Of a stretch of 64,000 nucleotides of DNA, positions 18,910 to 28,276 are shown piece by piece. The DNA comes from an uncultured Oscillibacter sp. (GTDB taxonomy: Bacteria > Bacillota > Clostridia > Oscillospirales > Oscillospiraceae): assembly GCF_947654275.1 (NCBI RefSeq), contig NZ_CANTJS010000003.1:46835-110834 (forward strand), in the 5' to 3' direction. The translations under genes were made by a program, and so were the position numbers. Within the stretch, counting starts at the first letter, position 1, and every line of letters starts with the position of its first letter. The notes below the pieces were generated by a model. That model did no database searches and had not been told where the DNA came from. It saw only the letters and a program-made list of their open reading frames with translations.

Positions 18910-19104
18910 ATGCGCGAGACACAAGAGCTGTCCTCGGACATGGAGCTGCCCCAGGGCCTGGGCGCGGCCATGGCCCGGTCACCCGCCGCTATGGAGCGCT
19001 TTGCCGCTCTTCCGGCGGAGGAGCAGGAGGCCCTGATCCGGCGGGCCCGGTCGGCCCAGTCCAAACAGGAGATGCGTGCCTGTGTGGACGGTCTGCTGCA
19101 ATAG
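18910..19104 (+). CDS. small hypothetical protein
   Basis: 64 aa; AGGAGG/GAAGGA RBS region; followed by a terminator. Confidence 0.65.
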   Translation: MRETQELSSDMELPQGLGAAMARSPAAMERFAALPAEEQEALIRRARSAQSKQEMRACVDGLLQ

Positions 19105-19154
19105 CCGGCACGCCTGAAAACCGGTCCGGCAAAACGCTGGTTTTCCGGCGGCGG

Positions 19155-19186
19155 AAAAGCCCCCTTCTGAAAAGAAGGGGGCTTTT
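19155..19186. terminator. bidirectional terminator
   Basis: AAAAGCCCCCTTCT-GAAA-AGAAGGGGGCTTTT. Confidence 0.88.
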
Positions 19187-19220
19187 GTCTTGGCCCGGCG
19201 GCTGAGAGCGGGGGATTCAG

Positions 19221-21284
19221 TTATTGGAATGTCAGCTGGAACACCGCGCCGGGGTCCCCGGCGAAGACGAGGAGGCCGTCCTCCGGCAGCTCTGCGGAGC
19301 GGTCGCCCCAGAGCACGGAGGAGGCGGTGAGCTTCATGTCCCCGTCATAGACCCAGAAACCGGCGTTCTCCGGCAGCTGCACCGTCATGGTCTTCCCGGC
19401 GGCGTTATCTCCCACGCCGTACCAGCGGGCATAGCCGTCGGGCTGAATGGTGCAGCGGGCGCGGTTGTCCTTTCCGGTGGAGAGGTCGGGCACGGCGGAT
19501 TCCTCCATGCAGACGGTTCCGTTGGAGGAGTAGGTCCAGAGGACGCCCTTCTCATCCCGGCGGAGCTCGGTGTCGCTGCCGTCCCGGCCCACGTTGCCGG
19601 GGATCTGCACCACGTATTCCAGGCGGTTCTCACCCGCGATTTTCAAAGCGCCCTCATAGCCCGGGGCGGTTTCTGTCACGGTCTCCGTGGCGGGAGCGCC
19701 GCTGATGGCCAGATAGACCTGGGAGCTGTACCGCTCGTTCATGGGGAGAAGGCTTGTATGGTTCACAAAGGCGTCCCACTGGGCCTGAAGCTCCGGGGAG
19801 ACCGGATTCTCCGGCAGCTTCACGGCGGCGTAATTGGAGGTGCCCAGGCCGCCCAGGCCGGGGAGCTGGGAGAAGGCCCGCTGATAGAGATAGGTCTGCC
19901 CGTTGGACTCCTTCACGAATTTCAGAAGGGCGGTGCCGGTCTGGTCCCGGAAAGTGCCGTCGTCATGGTAAGTGAAGGTCTGCGGGGGAACCTCCATGCC
20001 CAGGTAGCCCATGGTCAGGGTGCCGTCCTTTGTCAGGTCCACCTTGTAGGGGAGCAGGGACCCGTAGTATCCCGCGTTCTCCAGCAGCTCTTCGGGCATG
20101 GCGGCGGGCTTGGCCTCCGGCAGGGCGGGAGCGGTTTCGTCCACCGTCACGCCCTTTTCCCTCAGTGCGGCAATCAGCATCTGAGAGGCGGCCATCTCAT
20201 TGTAAGTGGACACGCCGCCGGAGCTCAGCACCGCCGCCGTCATGTTGTGCTCCGGCAGGACCACGAGGGCGGCGTGGTAATACTGGGTGTCGCCGCCCTT
20301 TACCAGAGCGGTGATGCCGTTCTGATGGAAGGGGAACCACTCCACGCTGTCCCAGCCCAGGCCGAAGGCCAGGGCGTCCGGCGCATCCTCATCGGGCCAG
20401 AGGCCCTTTTGATACTCCGGCTGGGCCATGGCTTCCAGAGAAGCCTCGTTCAGCTCCCCCGGTCCCGCCAGCCAGCCGCCGAAGACCGCCAGATCCTCCG
20501 CCGTGGCGTAGATGCCGCCGGTGCCCACCACGCCCAGACAGTCCATGGGCAGGGGCCGGTCATCGCCGGCGTGATAGATGGGGGCCTGTCCGCCGAACTC
20601 GTCGCCGGGGGCATAGGTATGGGTCAGTCCGGCGGGGTTCAGGAAGGTGGTTCTCACATAGTCCATCAGCTCCTGCCCGGACACTGCCTCCGCCACCAGC
20701 TCCGCCAGGGTGAAGCCGTCGTTGCAGTAGACGCTGTAGGCCCCCGGGTCCGCCTTGAGCCGCTGGCGGGACAGGCGCTCCAGCAGCTGATCGGTGGCCT
20801 GGGTGCTGGAATCGTCAAACAGCAGCCCGCTGCCCATGGAAGAGCCCATGAGGCCCGAGGAGTGATTCAGCAGCATCCGCACGGTGATATCCTTGTACCG
20901 CCCGTCCGCCATTTTGAAGTCCGGCAGATAGGTGGTGACGGGCTTGTCCAGGTCCAGTTTCCCGTCCTGGGCCAGGCGCATCACCGCCGCCGTGGTGTAC
21001 ATCTTGCTGACGGAGCCGATGCAGTAAACGCCGTCCGTCGCGGCGGCCCCGCCGTTGGCTGCCAGAGCGCCCTGCTCCACAATCTTGCCGTTCCACACCG
21101 CCCAGCTGATGCTGGCGGCCTCGCCGTAGGTCATGGCGGCGGCGGCGGCCTCCCGGGCTGTTTCCTCCAGGGATTTTTCCTCCTGCTGCTCCGCCGCCAG
21201 GGCGGAAACCGACAGGCTCAGGCACAGCGCCAGAGCCAGCAGCAGAGCCGCGGACCTTTTCATGAATTGCCGTGTTTGCTTCAT
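19221..21284 (-). CDS. secreted serine hydrolase, beta-lactamase/PBP-like family
   Basis: Signal peptide; SxxK GSVSK, LLNHSSG, YCN (YxN), KGG triad position. Confidence 0.9.
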   Translation of the reverse strand: MKQTRQFMKRSAALLLALALCLSLSVSALAAEQQEEKSLEETAREAAAAAMTYGEAASISWAVWNGKIVEQGALAANGGAAATDGVYCIGSVSKMYTTAAVMRLAQDGKLDLDKPVTTYLPDFKMADGRYKDITVRMLLNHSSGLMGSSMGSGLLFDDSSTQATDQLLERLSRQRLKADPGAYSVYCNDGFTLAELVAEAVSGQELMDYVRTTFLNPAGLTHTYAPGDEFGGQAPIYHAGDDRPLPMDCLGVVGTGGIYATAEDLAVFGGWLAGPGELNEASLEAMAQPEYQKGLWPDEDAPDALAFGLGWDSVEWFPFHQNGITALVKGGDTQYYHAALVVLPEHNMTAAVLSSGGVSTYNEMAASQMLIAALREKGVTVDETAPALPEAKPAAMPEELLENAGYYGSLLPYKVDLTKDGTLTMGYLGMEVPPQTFTYHDDGTFRDQTGTALLKFVKESNGQTYLYQRAFSQLPGLGGLGTSNYAAVKLPENPVSPELQAQWDAFVNHTSLLPMNERYSSQVYLAISGAPATETVTETAPGYEGALKIAGENRLEYVVQIPGNVGRDGSDTELRRDEKGVLWTYSSNGTVCMEESAVPDLSTGKDNRARCTIQPDGYARWYGVGDNAAGKTMTVQLPENAGFWVYDGDMKLTASSVLWGDRSAELPEDGLLVFAGDPGAVFQLTFQ

Positions 21285-21348
21285 GGTTTCTTCGTTCCTT
21301 TCTTTCCGTTCTTTCCGTCCAATCTCGGGTTCCTCTTGGCACCCTGTC

Positions 21349-21379
21349 AGGGTACACCTTCCACCAGGGGGAATGTCAA
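21349..21379 (-). promoter_or_regulatory. MerR-type 19-bp-spacer promoter with an ACCTTCC-N7-GGAATGT dyad
   Basis: The minus strand reads TTGACA-TTCCCCCTGGTGGAAGGTG-TACCCT. Confidence 0.7.
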
Positions 21380-21754
21380 GTACATTTTGTAAATTTTCAG
21401 TCCTTCTTCCGGCGGTGGCGTATGATTTTACAGCCTGCGGCGGTTTTCTGTTTTGTTTTCTTACAAACTGTAAATCTTTATTACAATATTACTCCGGGAA
21501 CATGGTATTGTCAAGGAAATTCAGGAAGCGGGCGTGTCCTGCCTTGCGCCTGCGGCAACGCCTGCAGAGGCGGGCTCCTGTGTGCGCTCCTTCTTCCGGC
21601 GATGCCGGGCTTCCGGCAGAGGGGCCGGGACAGGCCCCCGCAGGAAATTTTATGCAGGAAATCTTATGCAAATGCAAACATGCAAAAAAGCAAAAAAAAC
21701 AAAAAACAAAAAAACTCCGGATGGGACACTCCCCGGGAAATGGAGGGCGGCGTC

Positions 21755-22009
21755 TTGAAAATATACGATTTTGACGGAGCGAAAAATGTCTCCGGCGACT
21801 GTATTCACCGGGCGAGGACGGCCATGCGGCTGTCCCAGGCGGACCTGGCCGCCCGTATGCAGGTCAACGGCGTCACGATTGAGCGGGAGGCCATCAGCAA
21901 GATTGAGACGGGGGACCGCTTTGTAACCGATTATGAGCTGATGGTCTTCGCAAAGGTCCTGGGCGTTTCCATGGACTGGCTGGTGAAATCAGACACCGGG
22001 GGCCAATAG
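21755..22009 (+). CDS. XRE family HTH regulator
   Basis: TTG start after GGAGGG; LSQADLAARMQ...REAISKIETGDRFVTDYEL. Confidence 0.85.
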   Translation: MKIYDFDGAKNVSGDCIHRARTAMRLSQADLAARMQVNGVTIEREAISKIETGDRFVTDYELMVFAKVLGVSMDWLVKSDTGGQ

Positions 22010-22082
22010 GTCCGGGGGAGTTTTCCGCCGGAAGGGAAAGAATACGATGATGGGTGCAAAATGCCGGAAAGGAGGCTTTGCC

Positions 22083-22802
22083 GTGGAGCGCCGTCAAACG
22101 CTGGACGCCGTCCGGGGCTGTGCCCTGGCCAGCATGATTCTCTATCACGCCGCCTGGGACATGGTGTATATATTCGGCGCCGACTGGCCCTGGTATCGGG
22201 GCATGGGGGCCTATGTCTGGCAGCAAAGCATCTGCTGGACCTTCATTCTGCTCTCGGGCTACTGCTGGTCCCTGGGGCGGCGGCAGCTGCGGCGGGGACT
22301 GACGGTGTTTGCCTGCGGCGCCCTTGTCACCGCCGCCACCTGGCTGTTCATGCCGGGAAATCTGGTGCAGTTCGGCGTGCTGACCCTGCTGGGGAGCGCC
22401 TCCATTCTGCTGTGGGGGCTGGCGCCGCTGCTGTCCCGGCTTCCCGCCCGGGCGGGACTGGCGGGGAGCTTTTCGCTGTTCCTGCTCCTCCGGAATGTCA
22501 ACAGCGGCTGTCTGGGCTTTGAGGGGCTGCGGCTGCTCCGCCTGCCGGAAGGGCTGTACCGGAACCGCCTCACCGCCTTCCTGGGATTTCCCCCGGCGGA
22601 CTTCTTTTCCACGGACTACTTTTCCCTGCTGCCGTGGCTGTTCCTCTTCCTGACGGGGTATTTTCTCTTTCGGCTCCATCCGCCGGAGGGGCGGGAAACC
22701 CGGCGGATTCCTCTGGCGGCGGCCATGGGACGGCGGTCTCTGCTGATTTACATGCTCCACCAGCCCGTTGTCTACGGAGTCCTGTCCGTCCTGTTCCGCT
22801 GA
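22083..22802 (+). CDS. DUF1624 / heparan-alpha-glucosaminide N-acetyltransferase-like membrane protein
   Basis: LDAVRG...MILYH, DYFSLLPW, GRRSLLIYMLHQP. Confidence 0.85.
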   Translation: MERRQTLDAVRGCALASMILYHAAWDMVYIFGADWPWYRGMGAYVWQQSICWTFILLSGYCWSLGRRQLRRGLTVFACGALVTAATWLFMPGNLVQFGVLTLLGSASILLWGLAPLLSRLPARAGLAGSFSLFLLLRNVNSGCLGFEGLRLLRLPEGLYRNRLTAFLGFPPADFFSTDYFSLLPWLFLFLTGYFLFRLHPPEGRETRRIPLAAAMGRRSLLIYMLHQPVVYGVLSVLFR

Positions 22803-22828
22803 GCACAACACAAGGAGGCTGTTTTGAT

Positions 22829-23557
22829 ATGACCATGCAGGAGGCAATGCGGCTGCGGCACACCGTCCGCCGCTATACGGACCAAAGGCTCCCGGAGGAG
22901 GTCCGGGACCGGCTGACCCGGCGGATTCAGACCCATAATCAGGCCCGGGGCCTCTCCCTGAAGCTGGTGACGGACAGCGGGGACGCCTTCGGCCCCCTGC
23001 TGCGTCTGGTTCTGGCGAAAGGGGTGCGGAACTACATCGTCCTGACGGGGCCGGACCGGCCGGAGACCGGCGAGGCCGTGGGGTACAGCGGCGCGGACCT
23101 GACGCTCTTTGCCCAGACGCTGGGCCTGAATACCTGGTGGGTGGGAGGCACCTACAGCCGGAGCGGCGTGGGGAAGCACGTCCCGGAGGGGGAAAGGCTC
23201 CTGGGTCTGATCGCCGTGGGCTACGGCGCGAGCCAGGGGAAGCCCCACAAATCCAGGAGGCCGGAGGAGATCGCCGCCTATGACGGCGAGTGGCCTGACT
23301 GGTTTGCGGCGGGGGTGGAGGCGGTTCTGCTGGCTCCCACGGCCCTGAACAGGCAGGCCTTTACGATTCGGGGAAGTGGAACGCGAGAGGGAAGCAGCGC
23401 GCGGGAAGGAAGCGACGCGCGGGAAGGAAGCGGGGCGCGGGTCTTCATGACCTGTGACAACGGCGCGTTTTCCGGCGTGGATCTGGGCATCGGGAAGTAT
23501 CACTTCGAGCTGGGAGCGGGCCGGGAGCGGTTTGCCTGGGCGGCGGGCCCGGAGTGA
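22829..23557 (+). CDS. nitroreductase family protein
   Basis: RHTVRRY, APTALNRQ, GVDLGIGKYHFE; contains an in-frame 18-bp repeat. Confidence 0.85.
   Translation: MTMQEAMRLRHTVRRYTDQRLPEEVRDRLTRRIQTHNQARGLSLKLVTDSGDAFGPLLRLVLAKGVRNYIVLTGPDRPETGEAVGYSGADLTLFAQTLGLNTWWVGGTYSRSGVGKHVPEGERLLGLIAVGYGASQGKPHKSRRPEEIAAYDGEWPDWFAAGVEAVLLAPTALNRQAFTIRGSGTREGSSAREGSDAREGSGARVFMTCDNGAFSGVDLGIGKYHFELGAGRERFAWAAGPE
23372..23440 (+). repeat. in-frame 18-bp tandem repeat, about 4 units
   Basis: Encodes GSGTRE-GSSARE-GSDARE-GSGAR. Confidence 0.85.
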
Positions 23558-23633
23558 GGAAGCGGGTACGAAAGTCCGGTCCCCGGAGCGAGACCGGGAA
23601 AAAACCTGAAATTTTGAGGAAGCTGGAGCGGAG

Positions 23634-26315
23634 ATGAAGAAACTGGTCATGGGCATTCTGGCCCACGTGGACGCGGGGAAAACCACGCTGTCCGAGGCCC
23701 TTTTGTATCACAGCGGGGCCATCCGCCGTCTGGGCCGGGTGGACCATCAGGACGCCTTTCTGGACACCGACGCCATGGAGCGGGAGCGGGGCATCACCAT
23801 TTTTTCCAAGCAGGCGGAGCTGGAATTGGGGGACCTGTCCGTCACCCTGCTGGATACCCCCGGCCATGTGGATTTCTCCGCTGAGGCGGAGCGGGTTTTG
23901 CAGGTGCTGGACTGCGCCGTTCTGGTCGTCAGCGGCAGCGACGGCGTCCAGGCCCATACCCGGACCCTGTGGCGGCTGCTGGAGGGCTACGGCGTGCCGG
24001 TATTCCTGTTCATAAACAAGATGGACCTGGCGGGACCGGACCGGCGGGAGGCGCTTCTGGCGGAGCTGAAGCAGCGGCTGAGCGGCGGATGCACGGATTT
24101 CTCCCTGCCCGCCGGGGACCTGGCGGAGGAGGCCGCCGTCTGCGACGAGGCCGTTTTGGAGGAGTATCTGGAGACGGGACGGATGCCGGATGAGAGCCTG
24201 ACGGCCCTGATTGCCGGGCGGAAGCTGTTCCCCTGCTTCTTCGGGTCTGCCCTGCGGCTGGAGGGGGTGGAGGAATTTGTGTCCGCCCTGGAGCGCTTCG
24301 CGCCTCTTCGGACCTACCCCAAGGAATTTGGCGCGCGGGTCTTCAAGGTGGCCCGGGACGAGCGGGGGACCCGGCTCACCTATCTGAAGGTTACCGGCGG
24401 CGTCCTCCGGGTCAAGGCCCCCCTGACCAACCGCCGCCCCGACATACCGGAGGACCAGGTCTGGGAGGAGAAGGCGGACCAGATCCGCATTTACTCCGGG
24501 GCGAAATTCCGCACGGCGGAGCAGATTCCCGCCGGAACGGTGGCGGCGGTGACGGGGCTGAGCCGCACCGTGCCCGGCCAGGGTCTGGGCTGCGAGAGCG
24601 CCTGGACCGTGCCGGTGCTGGAGCCGGTTCTGACCTACCGGGTGGAAACGGACCTGGACCCCTCCTCGGCCCTGCGGAATCTCCGGCTTTTGGAGGAGGA
24701 GGACCCCTTGCTCCATGTGGTGTGGAACGAGGGGGCAAAGGAGCTCCGGGTCCAGCTGATGGGGGAGGTCCAGACCGAAATTCTGGGGCGGCGGCTGCGG
24801 GAGCGCTTCGGCATGGAGGCCTCCTTCGGCGTGGGGCAGGTGGTGTACCGGGAGACCATCGCCGCCCCCGTGGAGGGCGTGGGCCACTTCGAGCCCCTGC
24901 GGCACTATGCCGAGGTGCACCTGCTTCTGGAGCCCCTGCCCCGGGGCAGCGGACTCCGCTTTGGCTCCGTCTGCCCCGAAGACCAGCTGGACGGCCATTG
25001 GCAGCGCCTGGTCCTGACCCATCTGTGGGAGAAGTCCCATCTGGGGGTCCTCACCGGGTCCCCCATCACCGACATGCGGATTACCCTGACGGCGGGACGG
25101 GCCCACGAGAAGCACACCGAGGGCGGCGACTTCCGCCAGGCCACCTACCGGGCCGTCCGGCAGGGGCTGATGGGGGCGGAGAGCGTCCTGCTGGAACCCT
25201 GGTACGCCTTCCGGCTGGAGCTGCCCGGGGCCCAGCTGGGCCGGGCCCTCAGCGATATCCAGCAGATGGGCGGCGAAACGGAGCCGCCGGAGACTCTGGG
25301 GGAGGAGGCCGTCCTCGCCGGAGCCGCCCCGGTGGCGGCCCTGCGGGACTACGCCAGGGAGACGGCGGCCTATACCAGGGGCCAGGGCCGCCTGAGCCTC
25401 CGGCCCGACGGCTTCCGCCCCTGCGCCGGCGCGGAGGCGGTGATTGCCGCCATGGGCTATGACCCGGAGCGGGACGTGGAGAACACGCCGGACTCCGTGT
25501 TCTGCGCCCGGGGAGCGGGCTATACGGTGAAGTGGAGCGAGGTCCCCGCCTGCGCCCATGTGGACAGCGGCCTCCGGCTGAACCGGCAGGAGCCGGAGGA
25601 GGAGGCCGGGCCCCGGAGCCGGCGGTCCGGCTCCTATGCCGGAACCATTGAGCAGGACAGGGAGCTCCAGGCCATTTTTGAGCGGACCTACGGACAGGTG
25701 AAGCGCCGGGACTTCCTGCCGCCGAAGCCGCCCAGGCGGCCCGTCTCCGCCGCCGGGGAGGCGGGGGGAAAAGTTCCCATCCGGCGGCAGGCGTCGGGGC
25801 CGGAATATCTGCTGGTGGACGGGTACAACATCATTTTCGCCTGGGACGAGCTGAAGAGCATGGCCCGGGACAGCCTGGACGCCGCCCGGAAAGCCCTGTG
25901 CGACCTGCTGTGCAACTACCAGGGCTATCAGAAGTGCCACGTCATCGCCGTCTTTGACGCCTATAAGGTCCGGGGCGGCCTGGGCTCCGTGGAGAAGTAC
26001 CACAACATCCATGTGGTCTACACCAGGGAGGCGGAGACGGCGGACGCCTATATCGAGCGGGCCACCTATGAGATTGGCAGGGAGCACCGGGTGAAGGTGG
26101 CCACCTCCGACGGGCCGGAGCAGCTGATTATATTGGGCCACGGGGCTCTGCGGGTCTCCGCCTCCGCCTTCCGGGAGGAGCTGGAGCAGGTGCAGGGGCA
26201 GATTGCCGGGGCCCTGGCCCGGAACAACAGCCGGTCCTGGACCGCCGGGGCCCTCCGTTCCGCCATGGAGCGGGCGGAGGAGCGGAAAACGAAGAGGAGG
26301 AATGAACCATGCTGA
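23634..26315 (+). CDS. TetM/EF-G-like translational GTPase fused to a C-terminal YacP/Rae1-like NYN domain
   Basis: G motifs AHVDAGKTT, RGITI, DTPGH and NKMD; C-terminal YLLVDGYNIIF...VFDAY...ETADAYIE...VATSD. Confidence 0.9.
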   Translation: MKKLVMGILAHVDAGKTTLSEALLYHSGAIRRLGRVDHQDAFLDTDAMERERGITIFSKQAELELGDLSVTLLDTPGHVDFSAEAERVLQVLDCAVLVVSGSDGVQAHTRTLWRLLEGYGVPVFLFINKMDLAGPDRREALLAELKQRLSGGCTDFSLPAGDLAEEAAVCDEAVLEEYLETGRMPDESLTALIAGRKLFPCFFGSALRLEGVEEFVSALERFAPLRTYPKEFGARVFKVARDERGTRLTYLKVTGGVLRVKAPLTNRRPDIPEDQVWEEKADQIRIYSGAKFRTAEQIPAGTVAAVTGLSRTVPGQGLGCESAWTVPVLEPVLTYRVETDLDPSSALRNLRLLEEEDPLLHVVWNEGAKELRVQLMGEVQTEILGRRLRERFGMEASFGVGQVVYRETIAAPVEGVGHFEPLRHYAEVHLLLEPLPRGSGLRFGSVCPEDQLDGHWQRLVLTHLWEKSHLGVLTGSPITDMRITLTAGRAHEKHTEGGDFRQATYRAVRQGLMGAESVLLEPWYAFRLELPGAQLGRALSDIQQMGGETEPPETLGEEAVLAGAAPVAALRDYARETAAYTRGQGRLSLRPDGFRPCAGAEAVIAAMGYDPERDVENTPDSVFCARGAGYTVKWSEVPACAHVDSGLRLNRQEPEEEAGPRSRRSGSYAGTIEQDRELQAIFERTYGQVKRRDFLPPKPPRRPVSAAGEAGGKVPIRRQASGPEYLLVDGYNIIFAWDELKSMARDSLDAARKALCDLLCNYQGYQKCHVIAVFDAYKVRGGLGSVEKYHNIHVVYTREAETADAYIERATYEIGREHRVKVATSDGPEQLIILGHGALRVSASAFREELEQVQGQIAGALARNNSRSWTAGALRSAMERAEERKTKRRNEPC

Positions 26316-27092
26316 CTGTCTGCGCCGCGCTGGCCGTATGGGGCGGCTGCGTGGCCGCCCGCCGGTATCTGGACCGGACCAGCCGCCGGGAGACGGAATT
26401 TTTGGGGGGCCGGGTCCGGCTGACGGCGCTGTGGAACCCGGGGGCGGCCTTCGGGCTGCCCATACCGGAGCGGGTTTTGTCCACCGCCTCCGGCGCAGTT
26501 CTGGCGGTGCTCTGGTGTGACCGGAGGCGGTGTCCCGTAGGGGCGGGCCTGGCGCTGGGGGGCGGTCTCAGCAACCTCCGGGAGCGGCTTCGCCGGGGCC
26601 GGGTCTATGACTATGTCCGTTTTCCCCGGGCCCCCCGGCCTCTGAACCGCTATGTGTTCAATCTGGCGGACTTCGCCATTCTCGCCGGAGGGCTGGCCCT
26701 GCTGATGGGGCGGCTGCGCCGCCGCCCGCCGGTATCTGGACCGGACCAGCCGCCGGGAGACGGAATTTTTGGGGGGCCGGGTCCGGCTGACGGCGCTGTG
26801 GAACCCGGGGGCGGCCTTCGGGCTGCCCATACCGGAGCGGGTTTTGTCCACCGCCTCCGGCGCAGTTCTGGCGGTGCTCTGGTGTGACCGGAGGCGGTGT
26901 CCCGTAGGGGCGGGCCTGGCGCTGGGGGGCGGTCTCAGCAACCTCCGGGAGCGGCTTCGCCGGGGCCGGGTCTATGACTATGTCCGTTTTCCCCGGGCCC
27001 CCCGGCCTCTGAACCGCTATGTGTTCAATCTGGCGGACTTCGCCATTCTCGCCGGAGGGCTGGCCCTGCTGATGCGGCGGAAGCGCCGGTGA
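26309..27092 (+). CDS. signal peptidase II (LspA-like) locus disrupted by a 367-bp tandem duplication
   Basis: NPGAAFG, GGLSNLRER, VYDY and FNLADFAI each occur twice. The first copy runs out of frame to 26887; the second lacks the N-terminus. Confidence 0.75.
26338..27071 (+). repeat. 367-bp tandem duplication (26338-26704 and 26705-27071)
   Basis: By eye the copies differ only by TG versus CC near the start; ATG microhomology at the junctions. Confidence 0.92.
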
Positions 27093-27130
27093 GGCGGCAG
27101 GAAAAGAGAGCTCCGTGGAGCTCTCTCTGT

Positions 27131-28063
27131 CTATTCGGCGGGTTCCTCCCAGGCAACGGAGGAAAAACAGATCTGTCCCTCCTCCGCGGTCAGCGACAGC
27201 GTCAGCGTTCGTTCCGGCAGAGGGGCTCCGGTTCCGTCTGTCTCCGAAAGCCCCAGCCGGGCCCAAAAGCCGCCGTCCTCCCGGCGCTCCAGCGCCTCCA
27301 GGGTATAGGCGCAGGACCCGCCCCAGGCGCTTTCCGGCCAATACCGGCCGTCCTCCAGAGTATAGTGCTCCGTGGAGCCGTGGGTCCACCGGACGGAGGC
27401 GCCGAACCAGGCCGACAGCCACCGGTCCGTCTGTTCCTCCGTCATGGGGCCGCCCCGGGAAAGACCCCGGTAGAGCCAGGTGAGCACGTCGTCCCGGTCC
27501 TCGAAAACGCCCTCCTCGCAGGCGGGCAGAAAGAGGAATGCGCAGGCCTCCGCCGCCAGATCAAAGGCCTGCCGCAGCTCCGGCGTCAGAGGGACCGGCC
27601 CCTCGCCGTCCAGGGACGCCAGCAGCTCCGCCAGCGCCCGGGCCGCCTGCTTCCGGGGGCCGTCGGGGCCCGACTCAGTGACCGTGGTCAAATGAGAGCG
27701 CAGCACCTGGCCCCGATAGCCGTCCCAGGAGGCGGAGGACTCCCCGCCAGCCGGCGGGGTCCGGGGGAACAGGGCGGCGGCCAGAACCAGCAGCGCCGCC
27801 CCTGCCGCTAGTGCCGGAACGGGAAGCCGCCGCCGGGCCGGGAGAGGCTCTCCGCCGCAGAGCCGGTTCCAGTCCACATTCAGGAGCCGGCAGAGGGCTT
27901 CCATCGTGCCCAGGTCCGGCGTGGTCTGTCCGCGCTCCCAGTTGCTCACCGCCTGCCGGGTGACGGACAGGGCGTGCGCCAAAGCCTGCTGGGACAGGCC
28001 CCGCTCCCGCCGCAGGGCGGAGAGCCGGAGGCCGAAGCTCTCATAGATGTTGGGTCCTTCCAT
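27131..28063 (-). CDS. XRE HTH protein with a transmembrane segment and C-terminal extracytoplasmic domain
   Basis: LSQQALAHALSVTRQAVSNWERGQTTPDL, then TM ALAAGAALLVLAAALF. Confidence 0.85.
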   Translation of the reverse strand: MEGPNIYESFGLRLSALRRERGLSQQALAHALSVTRQAVSNWERGQTTPDLGTMEALCRLLNVDWNRLCGGEPLPARRRLPVPALAAGAALLVLAAALFPRTPPAGGESSASWDGYRGQVLRSHLTTVTESGPDGPRKQAARALAELLASLDGEGPVPLTPELRQAFDLAAEACAFLFLPACEEGVFEDRDDVLTWLYRGLSRGGPMTEEQTDRWLSAWFGASVRWTHGSTEHYTLEDGRYWPESAWGGSCAYTLEALERREDGGFWARLGLSETDGTGAPLPERTLTLSLTAEEGQICFSSVAWEEPAE

Positions 28064-28276
28064 CACAGCACATCCTTTCTGTCCGTCAGGATAGCAGAAG
28101 ACCGGCGCTTTTCCAAGCAATTTTCGCAAAAAACAGCAAAAAAAGGCCGCAACGATTTGTTGCGGCCATGTTTTCGGAGTCCGGCAGGAAAGAGACTCCT
28201 GAGGTTTTCCCGCGGACGCTTCCTGACAGGCCGGGAAGGACGGCCCGCCGCAGGGAATCCGGCGGAAGGGAGACGG

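Noticed and set aside
21381-21472. BlaI/MecI operators
   Set aside because: The spacing is N3 rather than N2, and no blaI/blaR is nearby; kept only as a possible XRE site.
23634-26315. A bona fide tetracycline resistance gene
   Set aside because: Host-like GC, housekeeping context, no mobile element, and an extra NYN domain; resistance cannot be inferred.
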